Positions 37,547 to 50,090 of a stretch of DNA of 64,000 nt are shown piece after piece. This DNA is from Chiloscyllium plagiosum. Lineage: Eukaryota. Position numbers and translations under genes: made by a program. Location: NCBI RefSeq assembly GCF_004010195.1, contig NC_057718.1:70728580-70792579 (forward strand). The letters run 5' to 3'. Below the pieces are notes generated by a model. The model was not told the origin of the DNA. It searched no databases and was given only the letters and a program-made list of their open reading frames with translations. Positions within the stretch are counted from its first letter, which is position 1. Every line of letters begins with the position of its first letter.

Positions 37547-37762
37547 CTGTGAGCTTGACACACCATGCATCTCCACACATTATTCTTTTTATACACACAG
37601 CATTCATGGCACACTTTGTGACTGCAATAGCTACACACCACACCAACTTTAAATACCAATCCTAGGGTTGTCTGACATCGAGCACAGGATCGGTTGCTAA
37701 ATGCCTGCCGAGAGATTTTTGTCCCATTCCGCCAAATTTCTTGATATTCAGACTTTAACTTT
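37547..37762 (-). CDS. SYTL3: SYTL3 coding exon 2, FYVE-type zinc finger of the SHD
   Basis: Acceptor ttttttttgtgcag, donor gtaaga, 216 nt, phase 2 to phase 2. Encodes (R)KLKSEYQEIWRNGTK...CARC...CSYCSHKVCHECC...WRCMVCQAH(R), the eight-Cys pattern of the Slp/rabphilin zinc finger. Confidence 0.93.
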
Positions 37763-38149
37763 CTGCACAAAAAAAAGTGGTATTTTCATTGGCACAAAGT
37801 AACCACAGACATTACTTTTCTCAAAGGTCAAAGCAACAGAGTGAGCAGTCAGTTTTACAAAGACAAAATAAAGAAGAATACAGCATAAGAACAGGCCTTT
37901 CAGTACACCAAGACTGTGCTGACACACTATGTCTTTCCAAAATAAAAACGTTTTCCTTCCACAAGGTCCTGTGCCTCTTAAAAATCGCTATTGTATCCAT
38001 CTTCTAGAGGTTAATTCAAGGTACTTACCATTCACTGCATTTTAAAAAAATAATTTGTCTTTCACATCTTTAAACTTACCACTTTTTACTTAAACCAAGG
38101 TTTCCTAGTAATTGGCATTTCTACCCTGGGAAAATAAACTCCATTGCAT

Positions 38150-41100
38150 TGTAGTAAGGCAAATCAAGGCAGGATTCATACATTTAATGTTAGGATCCGA
38201 GGGAGAGTTATTGAACAAAGAGAGTGCAAGTTTATAGTTTATTGAAAGTGGAGTTGCAGGTAGACAGGATGGTGAAGAAGGCGATTGGTACCACTTGTCT
38301 TTATTGGTTAGTGCACTGAGTATAGGAATTGGGAGGTCATGTTGCATCTGTACAAAACATTGGTTAGGTCTCTTTTGGAATACTGTGTTCCATTCTAGTC
38401 TCCTTACTATAGGAAAGATGTTGTGAAACTTTAAAGAGTACAGAAAAGGTTTATAAGGATGTTGCCAGGGTTGGAGGGTTTGAGTTATAGGGCAAGGCTG
38501 AATAGCCAGGGGCTATTTTTCCTGGAGTGTCAGAAGCTGAGTGGTGACCTCATAGAGGTTTATAAAATAATGAGGGGAATGGATAGGCTGGATGGCAAAG
38601 GTCTTTTCCCCATTGTAAAGGTGCCCAAAACTAGAAGGCATAGGTTTCAGGTTGGAAGGGAAAGATTTAAAATGGGCCTAAGGGGCAATCTTTTCATGCA
38701 GAGAGTGGTGCATGTGTGGAATGAGCTGCCAGAGGAATTGGTGGAGGCTGATACAATTAAATCATTTAAAAGGTATCTGAATGGATACATGAATAGGAAG
38801 AGTTTAGAGTGCTATGGACTAAATGCTGGCAAATTAGATTAGATTTATTCAGGATATCTGGGCGGCATGGACAAGTTAGAATGAAGGATTTGTTTTCATG
38901 CTGTACATCTCTCTAACTTTGATATGGTATGGTGGCTCAATGGTTAGCTCTGCTGCCTCAGAGCGCCAGGGATCTGGGTTTGATTCCGCTCTTGGACAAC
39001 TGTCTGTGTGGAGTTTGTACATTCTCCCTGTGTCTGTGTGGATTTTCACTAAGTGCTCTGGTTTCTTCCCACAGTCCAAAGATTAGGTAAGATGGACTGA
39101 CCATGCTAATTTTCCCATAGTGTCCATGTACAGGCTAGGTGGATTAGCCATGGGCAATGCAGGGTTATAGGGATGGTCTAGGTAGGATGATCTTTGGAGG
39201 GCAGATATGGACTTAATGGACGAATGGCCTGCTTCTACACTGTAGGGATTCTATGACTATGCTTTCTGTCTATGCCTCACATGATTTTGTAAACACCTAT
39301 CAAGTCGATTTTCAAGTGAAACAAACCAACTTTGTACAATCTTTATCCGCTTTATGGTAGTGTGGATCTATATGCCTAGATCCTTCTGCATATTGATGCT
39401 ACTAAGGGTTTTGACATTTATTATCAGCTTCCCTCCTGCATTAGATCTCCCAAAATGCCTCAGCCCATATCTGTCCAGGTGAAACTCCATATGCCACTTC
39501 TCCACCCAAGTCTCCAGCCTATCTATATCCTTCTGTATCCTCTGGCAATGCCTCTTAGTGTCTACAACTCCAAAATCTTTGTGTTGTCCAAGAACTTTCT
39601 AATCACCTCAATTACATTCGCCACCAAATCATTGATATATATTACAGACAACAGGGAACTCAGCATTGATCTCTGCAGAACACCACTGGTCAGAGCTCGC
39701 CAGTCAGAAAACCATCCTCCCTCCGCTACTCTCTGTCTTCTATAACCAAGCCATAACTAAGTCTGTATCTATCTTTGAAGCTCACCATGGATCCCATATG
39801 GGGGGTGGAGGGGGGGTTTGGTGGCTCAATGGTTAGCACTGCTGCTTCACAGTGCCAGGATCCTGGGTTTGATTCTGAGGTAACTGTGCAAACTTCTCAC
39901 AGGCAGTGTCCCCATATCTGGGTGGGTTTCATTCGGGTGCTCTGGTTTTCTTCCACAGTCCAAAGATTTGCAGATTAGGTGAACTGGCCATGTTAAATTG
40001 CCCCAGTGCCCAGGGATGTGCAGGCTAGGTGGATTAGCCATTCAATGTGCAGGGTTCAGGGATAAGGTGATGGTGGTGGTGTTGGGTATGAACTCAATGG
40101 GCTGAATGGCCTCCTTCCACATTGTAGGGATTCCATGATTCTATGTGACCTCATCTTTTGTATTAGTCTATCATGAGGGACTCTATCAAAGCTTTGCTAA
40201 AGTTCATTTAGATAATAGATTAGATTACTTACAGTGTGGAAACAAGCCCTTCGACCCAACAAGTTCACACCGACCCTCCAAAGAGCAAACCAACCAGACC
40301 CATTCCCTACATTTACCCCTTCACTACGATCAATTTAGCATGGCCAATTCACCTAACCTGCACATCTTTGGACTGTGGAAGGAAACCCACGCAGACACGG
40401 GGAGAATGTGCAAACTCCACACAGACAGTTGCCTGAGGTGGGAATTGAACCCAGGTCTCTGGTGCTGTGAGGCAGCAGTGCTAACCACTGTGTCACCATG
40501 CCACCCTAATATGTACTACCACCCTGCTCTCATCACTCATCTTTGTCACTTCCTCAAAAACTTCAAATCAGGTTTGTGTAACATGACCTTCCCGGCACAT
40601 GCTGCCAATTACTAATAAGTCCATGTTTTCTAAATGTGGGTTAATCCTATCTCTCAAAATCTTCTCCAATAATTTCCTTACCACTGCTGTAAAGCTCAAT
40701 GCCTTACAATTTCCCAGATTATTCTTGTTGCCCTTTTTAAACAAAGGTACATCATTGGCCATCCTGCAGTCCTCTGGTACCTCTCATGTGACCTCTCATG
40801 CAAAGATTTCATACAAAGCAGAGGCAATTTCCTCACCTGCCTCCCACCACATTCTGGGATAGATTCTATAGGTCTTGGGGACTTATCTACTTAATGTGCT
40901 TTAATCACCCAACACCTTTTTTACTTTTTATATTGATAAAGTCCCGAATATCAACATACCCCTCCCAACATGTCCTTCTCCTTTGTAAAAACCAATGCAA
41001 AATATCAGTAAGGATCCCATCCACTTCCTCTGACTCCAGACAAATTCCTTCCTTTGTCCTAGAGTTTACCTATCTTTTCCCTAACTATCCTCTAGGTCCA

Positions 41101-41640
41101 TAAAACATCTTAGGTTTTCCCTTAATTCTGTCTGCCAAAGACATGGCCCCTTTTAGCCATCTTAATTCCTTGCTTGTGTACTTCCCTACTAGGGCTGCAT
41201 GGTGGCACAGTGGTTACCACTGCAGCCTCACAGAGCTAGAGACCCGGGTTCAATTCCTGCCTCAGGCAACTGTCTGTGTGGAGTTTGCACATTACCCCAT
41301 GTCTGCGTGGACCCGCTCCAGTTTCCTCCCACAATCCAAAGATATGCAGGTTAGGTGAATTGGCCACGCTAAATTGTCCGCAGTGTTAGGTGGAGTGGAA
41401 TGGGTCTGGTTGGGTTGCTGTTCGGAACATTGGTTTGGGCTTGTTGGGCCGAAGGGCCTGTTTCCATACTGTAAGTAATCTAATCTACTATCCCTGTATT
41501 CCTCTGGCTTCAGTTTTGTAAACCTTACATTTGCTTCATTTATATTTTCAACTAAACTCTTAATTTTTCTTCTCATCTAAGGTTCCCAAATCTTGCCATT
41601 CTTATCCTTCTACTTTCACAGGAACATGCTGGTCCTAAAC
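38150..41640. mobile_element. CR1 fragments with four HE1-type SINEs
   Basis: CR1 on + at 38150-38915 and on - at about 39260-41640. SINEs at about 38925-39260 (+), 39815-40145 (+), 40215-40507 (-) and 41190-41486 (+). Confidence 0.85.
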
Positions 41641-41874
41641 TCTAATCAAGTGCTCTCCAAAGAATTCCACATGACAAATGACAGTCATTTTGCCTGATGA
41701 AGGACCAGCACTCCAAATAGTGGCTGCTCATCCTCCCTCTCTGTAATGCAACTCCTCCACCTCTTTAACATCCCTTTCTGATTTAATTTGAGCCTTTCAG
41801 AGTTCCAGACATAGAGAGTTGTCCAGAAAAATCTTCAATTTCCCAGGCAATTCCTTTCGTGCGTGTGCTGATGG

Positions 41875-44800
41875 AGATATTTCAATACAAAGAATATTAC
41901 AAACAAGTCGGATGAACTAAGGGCACTGACAAGACACATGGCAACATGATGACTTTGCAAAATCAGAAACCTGGCTAAAGGAGGGGCAAATCTGGCAGCT
42001 CAATATCTCAGAATATAGATTTTTCATGCAAGATAGAGTGGGTGGCAAAAAAGGAGGGGGAAGTCTAGCATTATTGGTTAAAGAATCAATTGCAGTTGTG
42101 AGAAAATATGATATGCTAAATGAAGCTTTTTGGGTTCAGCTTAGGAATAAAAAAGGGGTAGTCACACTACCAGTATACTCCAGACCCCCAAATAATGGAA
42201 GGAAAATAGAAGAACAAATACGAAGACAAATTTCTGCATGTTGGAATAAGACAGCGGTAATAAATCAGAGACTTTATTTCAATAACAACTGGGTTTCGAA
42301 CAATAAGGGGCATTGATGGTGAAAAATTTGTGCGTTATATCCAGAAAAGCTTTTTTTTAAAACAATACATGACAAGCCCAAAGAGAGGAGATGCGATTCT
42401 GGATTTAATTTTGGAAAATGAAAGTGGCCAAGCGGGTAAAGTGAAAGTAGATGATCATATTGGGGATAATTACCACAATTAGGGTAGATTTAGTATTAAT
42501 ATGGAAAAGAGATGAATACCCCAATAAAAGATTTTAACTGGGGAAAGATAAACTTTACAAAAGTGATTTGACTGAGGTGAACTTGACAGGACTGCTAAAG
42601 GATAAATCAATGGTAAACCAGTGGGAGACAATAAAAAGTGAGATCCTTGCAGCACAAAACATACGTATCCCTCAAAAAATAAGAATGGTACTACCAAGTA
42701 TTATGGTTGACTAGAAAAATACAGGGGAAGATTAAACAAAAAAAGAAAGCTGATGATAGTCACAAAAGATTTAACATTGAAAATAGCCTAGAGTAGTGTA
42801 CGCTGCAAGTTCAGCGCTGCTGGTTGACTAGAAAAATACAGGGGAAGATTAAACAAAAAAAGAAAGCTGATGATAGTCACAAAAGATTTAACATTGAAAA
42901 TAGCCTAGAGTAGTGTAGAAAGTACAGGGAACAAGTTAAAAATGGAATTACAGAAATCAAATAAAAAGAATATTAGCAAGCAAGATAAAGGAAACCCAAA
43001 GATGGTTTACCAGTATGTAAAATGCAAAAGAATAGCTAAGGGAAATATGGGACCTATCAAAGATGAGATGGGGAACTTCTGTGAAAATGCAGAGGATATG
43101 GGAGGAACTTTTATTTTTCTTTGTCTCTGTATTCACAAAGTGATGATGAGGATATAGTAATCCAAGAGGAGCAATGTGACATTTTGGACAAAATAATCAA
43201 AATGAGAGAGAACGTGTTAGAGGAGTTCAAAACCTTGAAAGTGGATAAGTCATAAGGGAGGGATGGATTGTTCCCCAAGATGTTGAAGGAGGTCAGGGCG
43301 GAAATAGCAGATGATTGAGGAGTATTCTCCAATCTTCATTAGAGATCGGTGAGGTGCTGAAGGACTGCAGGAATACAAATGTGGTTCCGTTGTTTAAGAA
43401 GGGTATAAAGGAAACAATTATAGGCCAGTTATCTTACTTCTGTGGTAGGCAAATTGTTGGAATCAAGCCTGAGAAATCGGACAATCAGTCACTTAGAAAG
43501 GAATGGACTACTCAGAGATAGTCAGAATGGCTTTGTTAAAGGAAGGTCATGCCTTACAAATTCGATTGAATTCTTTAATGAAGTGACAAGGAAGGTCGAT
43601 GAGAGTAGTGCTGTTGCCTACATGGACTTTAATACAGAATTTGACAACATGGCCACATGGCAGACTGATTTAAAAAAAGTAAAAACCTGGGGATATATGG
43701 TAATGTGTCGAATTGGATCCAATGTTGGCTTAGCAACAGGAAACAATAGTCAATGGCTGCCCTTGCGAATGGAATGCTATTTCAAGTGATGCTGCACCGG
43801 GCTCAGTAGTAGGACCTTGCCATTTGATTTATACATTAATGATTTGGAGTTGAATGTGGGGGCACAACTGGGACACAAACATTGGCTGTGTAGAGGACAG
43901 CTGTAAACCCCAAAATGATGGGTTGATGGAGTAGATGGGAAAGTGGCAGATGGAGTTAAACATAGAATCCCTACAGAAATAGGCCCTTCGGCCCAGCAAG
44001 TCCACACCGACTCTCCGAACAGTATCCCACTCAAACCCAGTCCCCATTACTACATTTACCCCTGACTAATGCATCAAACCTGCACATCTCTGAACACTAT
44101 GGGCAATTTAGCATGGTCAATTCACCTACCTGCACATCTTTAGGTTGTGCAAGGAAACCGGAACTCCCGGAGGAAACCTCCACAGACACTGGGAGAATGT
44201 GCAAACTCCACACAGCCTGAGGCTGGAATCAAACCCGGTTCCCTGGTGCCGTGAGGCACCAGTGCTAACCACTGAGTCACCGTGCCACCCCGATAAGTGA
44301 TAAGTGTGAAGTAATGTATTTAAGGAGGTCAAATAACAAAAAGGAATATATGAGAGGGTTAGGTGAAGTGAGAGATCTTGACATGCAATTGTACAGGTCC
44401 CTAAAGATAGCAGTATAGGTAGATAAGGTTGTAAAGAAGACACATGAAATGTTGTCTTTCACTGGCAGAGGTATAGAATACAAAAGTAGGGATATAATAA
44501 TGAAATTGTAAAAGATATAAAATACTGGTGAGGCCACAACTGTTCTGGTCACTACATTACAGGAAGGACATTATTGCTCTGGAGGGAGTGTAGAGAAGAT
44601 TTACTAGAATGTTGCCAGGAGAATTTTAGCTAAGAGGAGAGATTAAAGGTGTTTCCCTTGGACCCGAGAAGGCCAAGGGGTGACATGATTGAGGTATACA
44701 AATTTGTGAGATAGAGTAGGCAGAAGGAACCTGTTTTCCTTGGCAGAGTTCAAAAACCAGTGATCAGAGATTCAAGAAAGGTGGCAAAAGGATTAGAGCA

Positions 44801-45040
44801 TACAAGAGACAAAAGTACTTCATGCAGAGGTTGTTGGGTGTCTGGAATTCACTGCCTGAGTTGATGGTGAACTCTTTTAAAAAGTATCTGGATTGGCACC
44901 TTAAGTGCTGTATATTGAAGGGCAGTGGGCAGGAAGATGGGATTAGAAAGGGTCTCTGAATGTCTTCCGACCAACATGGATAAGATGGGCTGAATGGTCC
45001 CCTTTTGTGCTGTATCATTACTATGGTTCTGTGGTTCTAT
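41875..45040 (+). mobile_element. Near-complete decayed CR1 ORF2 (APE + RT) with nested HE1 (about 43960-44290, minus)
   Basis: DRVGGKKGGGSLALLVKE and VYSRPPN (APE), QNGFVKGRSCLTN and YMDF (RT), and a (tatggttc)n tail. Confidence 0.85.
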
Positions 45041-45426
45041 GGGTGTTTGCAGTGTACAAATTGGCTGCCAAATATTCTATTTTATACTCATTTTGACACT
45101 GAATGTACTTCAGAAAATACAAAATTGTTTGTAAAATGCTTCAAGACATTAACCAAACCACTAAAAAGCACTGGCGTTAAACCATTTGATTGATGTTAGT
45201 CTGATCAATATTTCCCATGAAACACCTTCAACAGCAATGGTATTTTATTTGGTCAATATAATCATATAACGCTGTTTTGCGATCAATATCTGGACTCTAA
45301 ATGTCGTTTTCTCCAAAATTCATCATAATTCTAAACTTCCTTTTAGATATTCCAGTAATAGGCCCTTCACTGTAGCACTGAAACTTCTCTTTGAATGGAT
45401 CATTAAAAATATTTTATGTTGCTCAC

Positions 45427-45536
45427 CTTATCCGCTCTTCTTCAGCTTTACGTAGCTTTTCATCCCGCTGAAGGACTTCCAGCACATTCTCACGTTCTAG
45501 ATTTTTGAGGGATTTGATATCCACCTCCATTTCCAT
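45427..45536 (-). CDS. SYTL3: Synaptotagmin-like protein 3 (Slp3), first coding exon (SHD1 helix)
   Basis: The minus strand reads MEMEVDIKSLKNLERENVLEVLQRDEKLRKAEEERI+AG, then donor GTGAGC. The ATG is in a strong context (agaATGG) with an in-frame TGA 21 nt upstream. 110 nt, phase 2. Collinear with the mammalian SYTL3 N-terminus as recalled (MAQEIDLSALKELEREAILQVL...EEER). Confidence 0.9.
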
Positions 45537-46224
45537 TCTTACGTCTATCCAATTTCAAGTGTCACTATTGTTTGATAGTTTAGTGCCACAAATTTGTGTG
45601 CAAATCACGGCAGCTTCCCAGACCAACAGGTTGAGAGAAAATTTTCTGAACTGCGTAGGTTCAATAGGTTCTTAATGTTGCATTGCATTTTTGGCTTGAC
45701 AGTTTGCTATTAAACTTATCACCACTGTATTCCCATTTTTTCATACGTTCCCATTATCACTTCATTAAACAATTTTAACCTTTTCCTTTCAGATTGATGC
45801 ACTCAAAATTATTCTCTTTTCAGTCATTCATCAAGCTAAACATTGATTCTGGGGCTGCACTTCTCCATCAGGATTACTTGCTTGAACACAGTGAAGTGCA
45901 ACGTTCTTCGAGTAACATCCGACTTCAAACACACAGCATTGTCTTGAATCATAAGTAGCTTTAGACCTTATAAAAGAGTAAGCAAATGTCAGCCTGTTTA
46001 CTCTAATCACTATTATTGAATTGAACATGTGTCTTATCTCAGATTATGCTTTCACGGCACTACTCAACAGGAACTTTGTATACTTTACTTGTACTCACCA
46101 TTCTTTCGTTAGATATTAATGGATTAGAAAACTGGATAGCCATTGATTGTGCCAGTGTAAATTTATATCTTATGGCTAGTTATAGTTAACTTTGAATTGT
46201 CACTGTTTATTCAAAACAGTCTTA

Positions 46225-49200
46225 ACATAGAACAATACAGCGCAGAACAGGCCCTTTGGCCCTCAATGTTGCGCTGACCTATGAACTAATCTAAGTCCAT
46301 CACCCTGGACTATCCCATCATTATCCATATGTTTATCCAAGGACTGTTTAAATGCCCCTAAAGTGGCTGAGTTAACTACATTGGCAGGCAGGGTATTCCA
46401 TACCATTACCACTCTGAGTAAGAACCTGCCTCTAACATCTGTCTTAAATCTATCACCCCTCAATTTGCAGTTATGCCTCTTTGTACAAGCAGATGTCATC
46501 ATCCTAAAAAAAAGACTCTCACTGTCCACCCGATCTAATCCTCTGATCATCTTGTATGTCTCTATTAAATCACCTCTTAGACTTCTTCTCTCCAACGGGA
46601 ACAGACCCAGGTCCCTCAGCCTTTCCTCATAAGACCTTCACTTCAGACCAGGCAACATCCTGGTAAATCTCCTCTGCACCTTTTCCAATGCTTCCACATC
46701 CTTCCAATAATGGGGCAGTACTGCACACAATACTCCAAATGAGGCCGCATTAGCATTTTCGAGGAGAAAGTGAGGACTGCAGATGCTGGAGATCATAGCT
46801 GAAAATGTGTTGCTGGAAAAGCGCAGCAGGTCAGGCAGCATCCAAGGAGCAGGAGAATCAACGTTTCGGGCATGAGTCCTTATTCACACTACCAAGAATA
46901 TTTCCAGTGACCCAGTATTCTGCCTTCCTGTTATTCTTCTCAAAGTTGTCTCTACAGCCCTTCTTGAACAAGTCACAACATTCGCAATCCTCCAGTCCTC
47001 TGGTACTAAACTTGTAGACAATGACAACTTAAAGATCAAGGCCAAAGGCTCGGCCATCTCCTTCCTAGCTTCCCAGAGAATTCTCGGATAAATCCCATCC
47101 AGCCTAGGGGATTTATCTACTTTCACACCTTCTAGAATTGATAACACCTCCTCTTTACTAATCTCAATCCTTTCAAGTCTAATAGCCCATATGTCAGTCT
47201 TCTCCTGTACAATATTCTCCTTTCTCGGAGTGAAAACAGATGAGAAAAATTCATTTAGCATCTCTCCGATCTCTACAGGGTCCCACTTCTGTCTTTGACA
47301 GGCCCCATTTCTACCCTCATCATCCTTTTATTCTTCACATATCCATAGAAAGCTTTAAGGTTCTCTTTTATTCCACCTGCTAAAGACTGCTCATGACCCC
47401 TCCTTGCTCTTCTAACTCTCTCTTTATATCCTTCCTAGCTGCTCTGTAACTCTCCATCGCCTCATCTGAACCATCTCGCTTCAATGTCAATAAGCCTCCC
47501 TCTTCTGCTTAACAACAGATAGAATTTCTTTAGTAAACCACGGTTCCATTACTTTATCACTTCCTCCCTGCCTGGCAGGGACATACCTATCAAAGATACA
47601 CAATATCTGTTCCTTAAAACCAGCTCCACATTTCAATTGTCTCCATCCCCTCCATTTTGCTGCCCCATTCTCTGCCTCCTAAGTCTTGCCTAATCGCATT
47701 ATAATTCTCCTTCCTCCATCTATAACTCTTGCCCTGTGGCATGTACCTGTCCCTTTCTTTTGAGAAACTAAATGTAACCAAATTATGGTCACTCTCTCCA
47801 AAGTGCTCACCTCTCACTAAATCAAACACTTGGCCTGGTTTATTACCAAGTACCAGATCCAGTGTGGCCTCCCCTCTTGTTGGCCCTTTGACATACTGTG
47901 TCAGGAAACCCTCCTGCACAAGTTGGACAAAAACTGGTCCATCCGACGTACCAGAGTTATAGCATTTCCAGTCAATATTGGGGAAGTTAAAGTCCCCATA
48001 ATGACCACCCTGTTCCTTTCACTCCTGCCCAGAATCAATTTGCCAATCCTCTCATCCACATTCCTGGAACTTTGCAGAGGCCTTTAAAAAACTCCCAGCA
48101 GTGTGACCTCTCCTCTCCTGTTTCTAACCTTAGCCCATACCACCTCAGTAGACAAGCCTTCATCAAAAGTTCTTGCAGCCACCGTTATACCGTCCTTGAC
48201 TAACAAAGCCACACCTCCTCCTCTTTCACCACCTTCCCTGATCTTAATGAAAGATCTAATCCCTGGAAGCTGCAACATCCATTCCTGATCTTGATCTATC
48301 CATTCCTCAGTAATGGCTACAATATTGAAGTCCCAGCTCAATATTGTAAGCTCACATACCTTATTCCTGATACTCCTGGCATTGAAATAGACACACTTCA
48401 AACCAGCTTACTGTCTGCCAGCACACTCCTGTGACCGTGAAATCCTGTCCATTTCCTCCCTACTCTCATTCTCCTGTGTACTGGAATACAACACAGGATC
48501 CCATCCACCTGTTGAGCTAGTTTAAACCCACCCGAATAGCAAATTTCCCACCCAGGATATTAGTACCCCTCTGGTTCAAGTGAAGACCGTCCTGTTGTAG
48601 AGGTCCCACCTTCCCCAGAATGAGCCCCAATTATCCATAAATCTGAAACCCTCCCTCCTGCACCATCCCTGCAGCCACATGTTCAGCTGATATTTCTTCC
48701 TGTTCTTTGCCTCGCTATCACATGGCTTGGGTAACAACCCAGAGATAACAACTCTGTTTGTTCTCATTCTTAACTTCCACCCTAGCTCCCTGAAATCCTG
48801 CCTTACATCCCTATCCCCCTTTCTATCTATGTCTTTGATATCTATGGACCACGACTTGGGGCTGGTCACCCTCTCCCTTCAGGATCCCAAAGACATGATC
48901 CAAGACATCACGGTCCCTGGAACCTGGGAGGCAACACACCAACCGTGAGTCTCTTTCGCTCCCAACAAACCTTCTATCTGACCCTCTAACTATTGAGTCC
49001 CCAATGACAAACACCCTCCTCCTTTCCCTCCTTCCCTTCTGTCTAACAGGGACAGACTCTGTGCCAGAGACCTGCACTACAGTGCATGCCCCTCGTGGGC
49101 GGCACGGTGGCACGTGGGCGGCACGGTGGCACAGTGGTTAGCACTGCTGCCTCACAGCGCCGGAGACCCAGGTTCAATTCCCGCCTCAGGTGACTGACTG

Positions 49201-50090
49201 TGTGGAGCTTGCACATTCTCCCCGTGTCTGCGTGGGTTTCCTCCGGGTGCTCCGGTTTCCTCCCACAGTCCAAAGATGTGCAGGTCAGGTGAATTGGCCA
49301 TGCTAATTTGCCCGTAGTGTTAGGTAAGGGGTAAATGTAGGGGTATGGGTGCGTTGCGCTTCGGCGGGTCAGTGTGGACCTGTTGGGCCAAAGGGTCTGT
49401 TTCCACACTGTAATGTAATGTAATCTAATCTAATCTAATCTAAATCATCCCCTCCAACGGTATCCAAAATGGCATATTTGTTTTTCAGGGGAACTACCAC
49501 AGGGGATCCCTGCACTTACTCTTTCCCCCTTCTAACAGTTACCTAGCTTGTTTCATGCCTAGTAGTAACTACTTCCCTGTAATTCTTATCTGTCACAGAC
49601 TCTGCCTCCCGAATGATCCAAAGTTCATCCAACCCCCGCTCCAGTTCCCTAACGCAGTCTTCGAGGAGCAAATGTTGGGTGCACTTCCTTCAGATGTACT
49701 TGGATGGGACACTAATGGTGTACTTCACCATTATGCAGGAGGAACATTCCTCTCCCTGCATTGTCACCTCTGCTAGTTCCCTTATCAGAAAGTTAAAAAA
49801 AAAGAAGAGACGCTTACCTGATGTGTTCCTGGTGTATAAGGTTAGAGGAGGTGGATGGGTGGGATGCCGTACAAGGTTAGGATCTCAGCTTTAGAAAACA
49901 CTCACTTACATAGCCAAGGGGAAAAAAAAGTCTACCTTTCCCAAAAACCTCTGCTCTCTGAGGTGCTGCTGCCACCTTTCCTGACAGGCCCCTGGTCCAA
50001 GCTCCCACTCTTCCTGATGCTGGCAACTGAAATGGAGGCTCTGATGCTCTAGGTAAGCTTTTAAAGTTTTAAATCAGTGACTCACCTTTC
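46225..50090 (-). mobile_element. CR1 LINE with 5' region, ORF1 (zinc finger/esterase), APE and 3' tail; RT core deleted at a PLE half-element; nested HE1 49094-49443
   Basis: ORF1 VIGDSIVRGSDRRF...VCCLPG, ORF2 start MKCVYFNARSIRNK, GEATLDLVL and GESDH. A family-A PLE half (46761-46876) sits at the junction between the pre-RT and C-terminal parts. Confidence 0.88.

Noticed and set aside
37371..37652. 93-aa plus-strand ORF overlapping exon 2
   Set aside because: Antisense shadow of the SYTL3 exon with no recognisable domain.
42704..42917. Repeat-spacer-repeat as a CRISPR-like array
   Set aside because: Only two 97-bp units of CR1 sequence in a vertebrate intron, with no cas genes.
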